Source: Botryllus schlosseri (taxonomy: Eukaryota). From it: DNA of 64,000 bases. How positions within the stretch are numbered: the first letter of the stretch is position 1; every line of letters begins with the position of its first letter. Positions 13,641-25,500 of this stretch are shown piece by piece. The position numbers and the translations under genes were made by a program. The notes under the pieces were generated by a model. It worked only from the letters and a program-made list of their open reading frames with translations. It was not told the origin of the DNA and did no database searches. Where the stretch lies: positions 16,432,001-16,496,000 of the forward strand of contig CM119371.1 in assembly GCA_051294905.1 (NCBI GenBank), read 5' to 3'.

Positions 13641-14265
13641 TGGTTGTAAGCCTGTATTGGAAATCACCAGGCTTTTTGTCGTAAATTTACAACAATAATT
13701 TTTACAGTGTGGAGTAGCATGAAAATTAGTCACGAAACAAATACGCAAGGAGGAATATGATGTGACTATAGAAGACTGCAATGACAGCAACGTGGAAGAT
13801 TCTGGAGATCTTATCTCATAATATGGTGACATTCAGCAGTGGATTCAAAGACTGCATCTCATTGCAGGGAGAAAATGATGCGCTGCGAACGATATTGGGT
13901 GTCTTCAAGTTTGTGAACTACAGACACTGCTCAGCGGAAATGCCTTGCTAGATCACTAGGTTACTCTCCAGTCCCCAATTGCAGTGCAGATGGCTGATTT
14001 TTATGCACTTGTCAATCATTTTTGCATGTTACCGGTCATATTACAACTTTACAAGGTGTCAACTGTCTGTGTTTTGGTTTGTAATCAATAGTGTCTTCTG
14101 GTCAAAGCTATCGAAAGATATCGGGGGCAAAACTAACAATACTCCGTAAAACTCCGGAAAAATATCTGTTGTAAACTCCGACTCCACTCCGGGTATCACA
14201 AAATTGGCAAAACTCCGCTCCGACTCCACTCCGACTCCGCTCCGGTGCTCATCACTGCTATGGAC

Positions 14266-16261
14266 TCGTGTATGCTTGGCTGTTTTTCATACTGATACTG
14301 TTTGAGTTGGTCGGGTAAGTTACAAACGGAGTTACTTGATAATGTTTTTGTGGTTGACTCTTTGAATATGGTAAGATGGTAAGATGTCGACACGTGATAC
14401 TATTTCCGTACACTCAATTACAACAAAACATAACCCGATAACTTGTTCAAGATTTCTTTAGCTCCAAATCAATATGTGAATAATCAGCTATTGTGACAAG
14501 TTGAAATGTCGTGCTGAAATTGCGAGCGGGAACAGTAGGCGCTTGTGTAAATGCGAAGACAGCGATGGTGGTCGTGTGAATAAATTAATCTGAGATACAA
14601 CGGAGGGAAATTTTGCGAGTATGTCTGACAAGTCTACTTCAAATCGCGATATGACAAAGTAGGTTGAAATATTTCGATTCAACTCATCGCATTGCAACTC
14701 GATCGCGTTATGTGCAAGCGGTTGTCAAGTTGGAAATGTTTACAACAATGGGCGATATTTCATTGATTGATTCTATTGTGTGTCGTAACACATTAAAATA
14801 CCGCGATGGTATTTACTGAAACTCTATTTGACAAACGGAAAACTGGATCGCGAATAGAGTTGTAAGTTTCAAGGATTGTTTCAAAGTATAATCTTGAAAT
14901 GCGACTGGATCAAAGTTGGTAGTCATGTTTGTCAAACATATTTCAATTCACACTATGCCAAGGTCCAAATTTTTCATTCTGGATTATCTGAATTTATCTT
15001 TAGTACATCCCGCGAATGGATTCCGACACCGCACTATAACATTCTTAATAATAAGGACTCAAGGATTTTCAATCAACAATACTGGAATTTTTTGGTAATG
15101 TTAGAGTTGGCAAATGATTAGTTGCGTGTTTTTGTTAAGCGTTTGATTTCCCAGTAATAAATACAACGATTGTATGTGCAATATAGGTCGCGCGCGATCG
15201 AAATCCTCTTGCACAACAGGCCGCGTTTCCAAACCGGACGTATTTAGTGGGTCACACATGTCAAAACGCAAGCGCAAACATCTGTTTTTCAAAAATCGCA
15301 CAATGCACTGCAGTTTCCGAAAGTACGAATCATCGCCGCATCCATAAGAATAACGATATATCATTGCCGCACTCCCCGTAAACGTTGGGATTACTTCAAA
15401 TTGGTCATATATAATAATTTGTGATATACACATTAACGAAGTGCCAATCACGTGACTATTTACTTGATACATATTCAACACCGTGTGAGAGATGCCTATA
15501 CCCGAAAGTACGATATGCCGACGCACCCATAAGAACACATGGCGAATCACCACCACAGCCTATACGCGAAAGTACGACGTGCGAGAGATGTCTATACCTA
15601 AAAGTACGATGTGCCAACACGAGTTTCCAATACGACATGCGAGAGATGCCTATACTTGAAAGTACGACGTGCGAGCGCACCCATAAGACACCACACGAGA
15701 GATGCCTATACCCGAAAGGGCGATTCATGACCGCACCCATAAGAACACATGGCGAGTCACCACAGATCCCGTAAGAATACATGACAGGCGAATCACTGCC
15801 ACCGCCTATACCAAAAAAGACGAATCACCACCACGAGTTTTCACGGCGAATCACCACCACGACCTATACCTGAAATCACGACCGCACCCATAAGAACACA
15901 TGGCGAATCACCGCCGAGAGGGAGGTCTAAAAAGGCGATTCACCACCCCAGTTTCCAGGCGCATCACCGCCGCACCCATAAGACATAAGAGCCGCTTGCC
16001 ACCCCCGCCGTAAGACGCAACAGCCGCTTGCCACCCCCGCCATAAGACATAAGAGCCGCTCGCCACCCCCGGTTTTCCAGCCGCATGCGACCGCGCCCAT
16101 AAGAAATAAGAGCCGCTTGCCACCCCCGCCATAAGACGCAATAGCCGCTCGCCACCCCCGCCATAAGAAATAAGAGCCGCTCGCCACCCCCGCTTTCCCA
16201 GCCGCTCGCGACCCCGCCCATAAGAACCCCTGCCAGGTCACGAGCGATCATACTAACTACT
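14266..16261 (-). repeat. Right inverted arm, outer part
   Basis: 14266-14518 is the reverse complement of 1-253 (seen). Continuation to 16261 is inferred from the terminal repeats and the AGTAGT-type end. Confidence 0.7.
15480..16230. repeat. Subterminal tandem repeats of the Maverick-like end
   Basis: 15480-15910: GAGAGATGCCTATACCCGAAAGTACGA, CGCACCCATAAGAACACATGGCGAATCACC units. 15970-16230: GC-rich ~32-bp CCATAAGAnATAAGAGCCGCTyGCCACCCCCG units. Confidence 0.9.
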
Positions 16262-16589
16262 CTCGTATTCACGGAAAATTTTACTTTTTGCAAGTTCTAA
16301 AACGCCCGAGATAAATTATTGTGATCCCAGCAAACTGATGCTTCGAGACATTTGTTCATCAGTAACTCCCGTGACGTCACACTGTACTAGTGACGTCCCT
16401 TTGCACCGCATGCCTAAGCACCTCCGATTATTTCCGAGAGCACAGGCTTTCATAATATATGTGATGGTATAATGGTCTCTTATATTCAGCATGGTATACT
16501 TTATGATAGGCATAAGATATAACAAATAACATTTCGATGACATTTAAATTCTAAACTAATATTAAAATGTTTATTCGGACTCTATTCAG

Positions 16590-19500
16590 GATATCTTAGC
16601 TGCCTTTCATTGGCTCTCAATGGACAACACCAGAAACTACAAGAATCTACAGGAAACGCTATCTTCCGCCGTCATTCCTAATTATATTCTGCTTGGAGTA
16701 GCAATCATTGCGGACGAGGAAAAGTGGCGAGTTGTAACTTCAATTTCAAAAACACGTGAGCTTGGCGCTATCTGTGCGATCAAGCACGATTATAGGCCTA
16801 CGCATTTGTCATTTATGATGATACCATATAGGTGAAGACACGTTGAGACATCTACAAAAAATACTGCTGAAGTTCCTAGAATCGAAGAATAAAAGCACAC
16901 CGATAAGCGATGTCAAGGATCTCCGAGTTCTCCGCCAATGCGGTCCTCTTCTGGCACGTGGTGTTATGACGAGAGTCACCGCGATCAAATTGAACGCAGA
17001 TTGTGACGCATCTGATGTTATATCAGTTGCACAATCGATTCCATCCATTGTTAGAGCGAAAGTATATGGCAGCATGAAGATTTATTCGTCGTCACTTGCA
17101 TTACTAGAAGCAAACGTTGCTATGAATGTAAGTTATAGTTCATTGAGAAATGTTTTACATACATTAAATAACACTGTAAAAATAGAACAATATTCACAAC
17201 ATGTGCTAGTGCTATAGCAGTGGTTGGCATCGTTTTTAAGACACGAAACCAATTCAAAAGAAATTGAATTCATATAAGTTTAAATTAACACACGAGCTTG
17301 ATTTACCGAAAGAAATTTCTACTGAATGAATACTGATTAGCCATATAGCTTACCGGACCACGACCTGACACATCGATCACGCCTTCCGACACATGCCACT
17401 TTTTTGTCACCTGTCCTTTTATAATATTTTCTTTTACTTATGGTGCAGTGTGCACTGTGCATGCCTCCTTTTTTACATTGTCCAGAGCAGATGGATGTCT
17501 GATTTCGAAGACTACTCCAAGTCGTTTCGACACCTTCCCATCGTTTATTGTATCGCAGTCTTGCTCTTGTGGTGTATTGAAATGACAAAATCTTGAGCAA
17601 GTGATTGATTTTAATTGAATTGAAATATTATAAATTTGTCACGAAGTTTACTTTACACTGCGACGATCGCGCTATCTTTGAAGCCACACCTTGACTTTGC
17701 ACAAGCTCAGTCGCATGCCATGCTCTATTCCCTATAGATTGCGATGTTTCGTTTTTACTACAGCCCTCTTATGTGGTCAACGACGGAATAAGTCAACAAC
17801 ATTTGACTGGGTTGGGTACCTTGAGTGCATCAGCATTAAAAAGTAGAGACGAGTCAGGGCTTAAATGTGATCATAAACAGAGCTTATAGGGCAGGACACA
17901 TGAGCCTGTTGCCAATTTGCAGACTCCACAGATACGTTCTTCCATCAGCCCGGCAAATGTATTCAATGATTTCAGTGTAATGACGTAATTGGTTTGGCTG
18001 ACGGGGCATAGAACAGTAAATCAAACCGACTAATTAGACAAACAGTCATCTGCAGTAGGCCTACTGTACGGGAGTAAAAACTTGTTTATTTCTATACTGC
18101 ATCATGACAATCTGAGCTCTGAATCGAATGCTATTATCGCAATGATTGCGAAATTCCTAATATTAGTAATATATCAGGGCACCAGAATTCCCCCAAAATC
18201 GCAAAGGAATTTAAAAATTGAGTTCACTACGTATACTGCCAAGTGCCAACGCAATTTAACAATACGGTGTTAAGCATAAATTAATCAGCCGCAACGATCG
18301 TTGGACTACAATCCGACAATGGTAACGCAGTGTGAGACTGCGCGTTTGACTTCAGACGATTTCTCTATCCGACGGCACAGTTAGATGTGATGTGACCGCA
18401 GGAAAGTTAAGGTTGGCTCACATGGGGTCGCGACCTACAAAGTGCGAACCAGAGTTGGATCAATTGTAATTTGTAATTGAGCTGAATGTAATTAAATACA
18501 TTTTCAATGTAATTGTAATGTAATTGTAATTGAAGCATTTTTATTTTGTGTAATTGTAATTGTAATTGTAATTTGACAAAAATTTTGCTTAATTACAATT
18601 TCAATTACATTAAATTGCTATTGAGAGTTGAGACCTGACAAGCACAACATAAAATAATTGACTTATAATGCATTCTCTTTAAATGTCGACAAGGAATTTG
18701 GTGGATCCATTCGCGGAAGCCCTTGACTGCGCCCTCGCGGGCGAAGTTTTTTACCGCTATGCTGGCCTCGGCTGCCATTGTATACAATTTTCAGATTACT
18801 AACCAACGGATAGATTCGCAACCCGTGACTCACGATTGAATACGCCGAGAAGCGAACTGCTGAGCCGGCTAAAAGCAGCAGAATTGATAGTCCTATAGCT
18901 GGCGATCCAAGCGTCGAAATTTGATATGTATGGTCCTAATCGAAAGCTAGTGTCGCACTGATTCCGCATAAAAGTATATTTCCAGGCAATGGTACCATCC
19001 CAAAATAGTCGAGAAAGTCTGGGAATCGGCATTGTTCTGAACAATCGCTGGGCGTAATTGGTCATTGTTGTGGTCATGCTGCTGCGGCGCTCTCACTTTT
19101 CAGAACAGTCGGCCTTAAACGGCTATTTTGGAGCAGTTACATTGCTCTGCTGAGATTTTAATTTGTATTTTCGGAATTAGTGCATCAATAGCTTACGATA
19201 AAGACCAGATGCATGAAATTTGGACGCTTGGATCGCCAGCTCTAGGACTACAGAGTTTGCTGCTTTTAGCTGGCTCTGCAGTACGTTTGTCGGTGCATTC
19301 ATCCGTGACTCACATCTTGCGCATTTATCCGTGGGTTGGCAATCTACAATACGATTTCAGATCACGATGCTGCATCGTTACTTCGTCTGGCTAGCTAACC
19401 AGACCACTGGATATTATATAACGTCTTATCTGACAAAGCACGGTATTGTTTTTACTCCTCATCCTAATTCCTACGTCCCACGATAAAAATAATATTATTT

Positions 19501-22500
19501 CTTTAATTATATACTATATACGCAAATCCAACACGTGCATATATTATAATACTTTTTTCAACGACATACTGCACCCTATCCTTAATCCTAACCCATAGGA
19601 AATTAGGTCAATAACATTTTACATTTCCAATTACGTGAGCTATAATTACCGAGCATACAAAACACGCTTATATTACGTCACAATGATATCTTACATAGCA
19701 TACTATGCACGCACATAAAAGCATGTATTACTACACAATCTGAACTAGACTTGAATTGTTGTTAAATACGACGCTACGGTTGTCAAGGAGCACGGTTGAA
19801 TTTATGATTATTCAATAACATGGTCAACAGCAGCAATTGTAATTGTAATTGTAATGTAATTGAAGCATGCAAGGAGTAATTGTAATTGTAATTGTAATTT
19901 GATATTTTTACCATGGAGTAATTGTAATTGTAATATAATTGAAACATGCATGAAAGTAATTGTAATTGTAATTGTAATTGAACTGAAATAATGTAATTGA
20001 TCCTACTCTGGTGCGAACCACAGTACAATAGGTTGATTGTGTGTTTATGTAAAAAAAGAATCAATAAAATTCCTTTATCATACCATCTCATCTCTTCATG
20101 CCATCTCAATAGATGAATTCCGATCAATAGATGAATTTCGATCCGATACTTGTAAGCGAGTTGACATTCAAGATCTGCAAATGATAAATGTGTAACTGTC
20201 AACTGCCTTTTGTCACAAAACTTTCAATTCATCGAATCTAATTGTCGACATCAATGGTATTTATTAATTCAGATATCCAACCTGAAAATTGCGGGAGATA
20301 TGCGTGACGATGCAGTAAGACTTTCGCGTCTTCTTGCTACGCGCTCTCACTCGGAAGATGCAGGCTCAATGAAAGTTCAAATAGGATCCGTCGAGCTGTC
20401 GGATTATAATATGAAGTACGACGTTGCGGTAAGCTACATCGATTTTGTGTCAAATTAAAGCAGGTAAGCTAAGAGCACTATTGAGTTAGATAATTCGATA
20501 CAAAGATGACAATACCACAAGCTGCTGAATAAATGTAACTTCGTTGTTTCGATTTCTCGGACTAACTAAGCTCTCGAGTTACAGAGACAGACTTGGATTA
20601 CTAAATAATTAGGGGTTCAAAATGTTTACCAACCAGGGAACACTCACGCTAATCTGCCTACCTTAGAGAAGTGGCCCACGAGAAGGTTTGGAGTGGCCCG
20701 TGAGGTAATTTTCGTAATTAGTCTTATTATAAAAAAATCACCCGATATATTTATTGTTCCTACGCATAAGTGTAGCGTAGCGTAGGTCTTCGTATATTAC
20801 CGTAAAGTAGAATATTTCGGGGCAGATTTATTTGACTTCCAGTTTCCCTTGGAATTTCACGCGATTTACTGTTACTCAATTTCTTTTTTTAATACTGGTA
20901 CCCACTGCAGAGTTGAGTCTAACAAAGACCGCAATTATTAAGAACGTATCGTCAAACATGCGACTTCTCGAGTGTACCCGTAGAAAGATCGTCGGCGATG
21001 AAACGCATTTTCGCCGAAACATTCAATATTCACATGTCCAATCGTCTAATAATCATGTCCTTGTCAAATCAGCCCAGGGTTATACTGAGGCAAACCCGAA
21101 TATACGCAAGCAGCAATGTTATAGACCGAATTCATTTATTATCATTGCGAGATTTTCGCGCTTCTCGCGGTAAGGACATTATTGCCCGCTGAGTTTTCAT
21201 GACGTAATCATTTTTATCGATGTTGATACGTAGTAAGAGAAGTCTTGTTTTCACCGTTACCTAATTTGGTTCGCTCCTATCAGACGACTAGTAAAATGTT
21301 GGCAACATTCAAGTGGTCCGCGCATTGATTCATAAATCTCAAATGGCCCTTTGGCAGAAAAAGTTGGCCCCCCTGCCTTAGCGGAACCCCAAATTTTCGA
21401 TGAGTCATAACAATAAAATCTACACAATCCGCATCAAACTAAACATCTGCTACATTACTATATATGGATATATAAACTCTGTATGTACAGAGTGTCAACA
21501 GAGTAAAACCTTCAAAATATAATTTTCACACAAAACGAAACCTTTACAATGAATATCTATTGGAAATTATTGTGACGTCTGCTGTTACCTTTCAGATGTA
21601 AGTTCAGAAATGTGAGGCTTCCCTTTGGAAAGTGTCATGGTATTGTTTCACCGAAGTGCAACAGTATGGTACAAATTGCTTAACAACTAAAAATCTTATA
21701 AATATTGGAGACAGAATTGGCATTTCATAAGGACTTGGTTTAGATTTCGAACCCCGGAGCCTTGCCTGCGTACGTCTCTGCACACGACGTACCCCTATAA
21801 CAGTCAAAATTTTAAAAGAAGTAACAAAAATATATGTAGCTGTAGTTTTAATTCTACTCCAATTTAAAAATTTGAACTGCGCAAATGTAATTTTAATACT
21901 AATTAAATTTAGGAACCTGAAAATTTTCTAATAGTTCAACTGTGTCCACAGATTCATATGCTTTTCGGGGAATTGCATATCTATGATCGTGATTAGGATT
22001 GCATTTAAAACAAATGGTTGTCTAAAGAACTTATTGGGCAATGAACGTATAAAACAACCAATCATTGAACCATGTTATCCAATAAATTTGACAGTTATGG
22101 AATGTCGGCATTGGATATAGGGTTGCATTTACCACAAATTATTGTTTAACACACTTTGTTTAACATGCTTTTAACAGTGTTTTAAACAAAGGCCCTTTGA
22201 AATTTTTTTACGTTGTAAAAACATGCAATAATTATGTAAATACTTTCCAAAGAACATGTCGTATGAGCCTACGGACAATTACCACCCGATTAAGCCGAAT
22301 TATATCGATATGGAATGTTTGGAACCCTCAAAATAGTCGGTTCAACAGTTATAGTGCAAATATTTCGTCAAAGAAGCTATATTTACCCAATATATTTAAT
22401 GGCCATCGTCAATCCACGATGACGTCACAATTGAATATTCGTGACGTCATTTCTTGAAAGAACCTGGTTTAAACAAGGGCCTTGTTTTAAACATGTTTGT

Positions 22501-25500
22501 TTTATATTGATTTTTGCAACCCTAATCGTGATTTTACTATTTTATTCACCCCTGCGACCGGTGAAGTGTCCGAAGGTTATTGTGATATTACATTTGACGC
22601 AGAGTATATGCTGTTACTTATTGTCGATTAAAGTACAAAATTGTTGCATTAATTGTCGCCACTCGTAATATTTACCCCTCCCATTCATACCGAAAGATGC
22701 AATTTGTTGGTGGAATGAAATGAATTATGTCTCGCCTTATGTTTGTCTATTAGAGGTACGGATCATTCATCTTCGGGATCCGTATCCGATCCGGCTCAAT
22801 AAAGCGCAATCCAGATCCAATTCGGACCCTGTTTCCGTCTTTACTGGTAAATCCGGACCAAAAAGTATCTTGCCCAAGGATTGTTTTTGATATTCATGTT
22901 GTTCATCGACTACTATGGTCATTTACACCAAGTCAATTTTTTTCATTTTTATTCCGTATAGCTGTCGACTTGTAGCACAGCCCACTTCTAGGCTTTCATA
23001 AGACACCGTTTACACGGATGATACGGCGAGGAGGAGCTTAGATACACTGCAAACGCTTAGGGAGGAATTCTGGAGTCGACCTCGATTGGGCTCGAACACG
23101 CAACACATTGGTTTTGCAGCTGTGGATTATACCATTTCGCTATCTCGCCACCTTGCTCAAGGGTGAGCACTGTTCAAGCCCATATTGCCCCTGTCATCGA
23201 CAGAGGTGGTCAGTAACGAAGTATTACTTATGTATAGTATACTTACGGCACTTTTTCAAGTGTTTACAATTTATACCACCTCTACTTCTAATAAAGTTTT
23301 GTTGTCCAAACTACTTACTTTTTCACGTTGAATTTGGTCATGAAGGATTTGCCTAATTGAACTAATTTCTCAAGTGCCTATATATGATTTTAGACTCTAC
23401 CATTTCTACTTCTACTCCTACCGTAAATGCTCAGTTTGACGGCAGAACTAGGCATAGAATGCTCACTTATTCATATATTTGGAACTATCTATTTGTACAT
23501 GAGTAGGAATTAAAGTTACTCCAACTTCTACTCAAGGATCAACCCCCACTAATCTGATCACCTAAACCTCCGTCAATGCATTGAAGTTTGCTATTGAGGA
23601 TTCTTTGAACTTGTGGCGCAATGCAGCACTAGCCGAGTACAAATTGATAAAAACATCAGTGTAAACTCATACTAAGTGATTGTCATACGCTAGAAAAGTA
23701 GGATACTATCCGGATCCGGCAGTCGCGCGGAAACTAGAATTCGGATCCAATCCTCTTCCACAAAACCCTGACGTATTCATGTTCGGCTCGTATCGAAAAT
23801 GTGCGCAGTATATTGAAAAGATTATAACAGAAATGCCACAACTACAACGCAGCAGCAAAGACGATCTCTCTCTCCACGGGTCACAAAGCTCTATGAGCCA
23901 ATATTTACGAACATCAGCAGTCGCACATGCTATGCTCAGCGTCCGAGGTGACAGTCAGTAAAAACAATCTGCACATAGGCGCGGAAAATCCGGATTCGGT
24001 GCATCTCTAATGTCTGTATGGTTGATTAATATGTTCGATTTCGGGTCAAAACAAGCGGAATACCGACCGAAAATGCTTATCATGCACTGTCCATTCAGGA
24101 TTAATCCAATTATTTCGAATTCGTGCGGCGTTACCTGTTGTATAGTCAAACGCGTGTACTTCTGTTGTAGAGCAATTTTTTGGAGGTTGACGAATTGAAG
24201 GAAGATTCAATCAGTGTCATCAACGATCTCTTTCATGTCGGGAAAGGGGGCGCGAAAATACAAGTGCAACGTGTGAACATGGAAAACTTATGTAGAAAAA
24301 GCACGAAGGCGTTCCTTGAGAAAGTCGCCAAGATGCCAGAAGAAGCCAATAATTGCGAATTGAAGGTACAAATGTTGGCATGGTGACGGTTCAGTCAGGG
24401 CTGACATTTATGTCCGTCAGTTAATGGCGTTTCTTTGATGAGGCATTATTGCCTTCATAGAGTCTACGCCATGGAAGGGCCTTTACTATTCCCGACGGGC
24501 CAAATGTGAAGCAGAAAACACGTTTGCAGACAAAAACAAAAGCTAAGACTATAATCTGTGACGTGAAGTTTATTTTTAATTTCAAAGAAGTGAATTACAT
24601 TGTTAATACATCCCGCCCAGTGCATTTATTAATGCTGCGCTGCGTTCCGAGTTTTTTGGGGCTTGGTAAAATAATTCCATACACGTATACCTGCTCGGAT
24701 TCATCATAAACCTGTTCATGGCTGACTTCAGTAAACAGACATTTAGTGCTCCAAATCTCCTTGAAATGTCGACCTTCAACCAATTTCATTGCTTGACAAA
24801 ACGTCGTTTGTGAGTGAGAATGGCTGTTAATTACGTGCACTGATTGCATTATTTTACGAATAGTATTTAGAAACGTACGGCGTAGCAGTTTATAGCACAG
24901 AATTTTTAATTGCCATTGTAACAAAGGAAAAAATAGAAGATTCAAACTTGAATAAGGAAATATGGACTTTAATGCAGTACCAATAACTTCAATTTATACG
25001 GCATACTTTGCTATATATATTTTATTTTGAATACGGATTACTCATGCGTCGTACATAGGTTACAATGACCGTACATAAATAAGCTGGACTGCAAAGTAAA
25101 CAATTTCCCGAATCACTTTATACAGCTCATATAGTTTCAATCCACACATGAACATTCACATATATTTCATGGTCTAAATACGGTGGAACTTTTCACGGGC
25201 GCGCAGAGTCGCCTCACGGGCCGCATTCGGCCCGCGAGCCGCACATTGTCCATGTATGAGCTATGCAGAGGTGTTCAGTACCAAAGCACATCTGCTTTCT
25301 AGGAGTAATCAAGTATAGATTTGTCGACATGCACTATTCACTCAAATTATGTTTCGGGGCCACTTTAGCTTCTACTCACCAGCTTTCCAGTCGTAACTAG
25401 TAACTTCCAGCTCTTTTGGCTCCTTCGTCACCTATTCATTTCTTAAGAAGAATTGCGACATCCGACAAAATAGATCTTCTTCGCTAACAAATCTAAAACA

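Larger units (their letters stand above)
7382..13709 (+). mobile_element. EnSpm/CACTA (CMC) DNA transposon, non-autonomous, with accessory gene
   Basis: 24-bp perfect TIR CACTGTAAAAATTATTGTTGTAAA (7382-7405) / TTTACAACAATAATTTTTACAGTG (13686-13709); 2-bp TSD TG at 7380-7381 and 13710-13711; subterminal tandem arrays at both ends, as typical of animal EnSpm. Confidence 0.9.
5621..14257 (-). mobile_element. hAT-superfamily DNA transposon (internally deleted, carries a nested EnSpm element)
   Basis: 11-bp TIR CAGTGATGAGC (5621-5631) / GCTCATCACTG (14247-14257); perfect 8-bp TSD CTATGGAC at 5613-5620 and 14258-14265; ACTCCG/CGGAGT subterminal repeats at both ends; transposase fragment inside; empty site preserved in the opposite arm. 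Confidence 0.95.
1..16261. mobile_element. Maverick/Polinton-like non-autonomous element with very long terminal inverted repeats (left end lies upstream of the window)
   Basis: 1-1164 is the reverse complement of 4710-5620 joined to 14266-14518. The putative right arm runs on through tandem repeats to ...CATACTAACTACT at 16261 (reverse complement AGTAGTTAGTATG...), matching the 5'-AG/AGT-repeat termini known for Polintons. No intact pPolB, integrase or capsid ORF is visible. Confidence 0.6.

Noticed and set aside
15421..16293. Gly/Arg/Ala-rich ORFs
   Set aside because: Translations of GC-rich terminal tandem repeats.
23680..23961. 93-aa ORF as a possible exon of the NLR-like gene
   Set aside because: Lies inside the 22751-24009 transposon relic and lacks a phase-compatible acceptor/donor pair.
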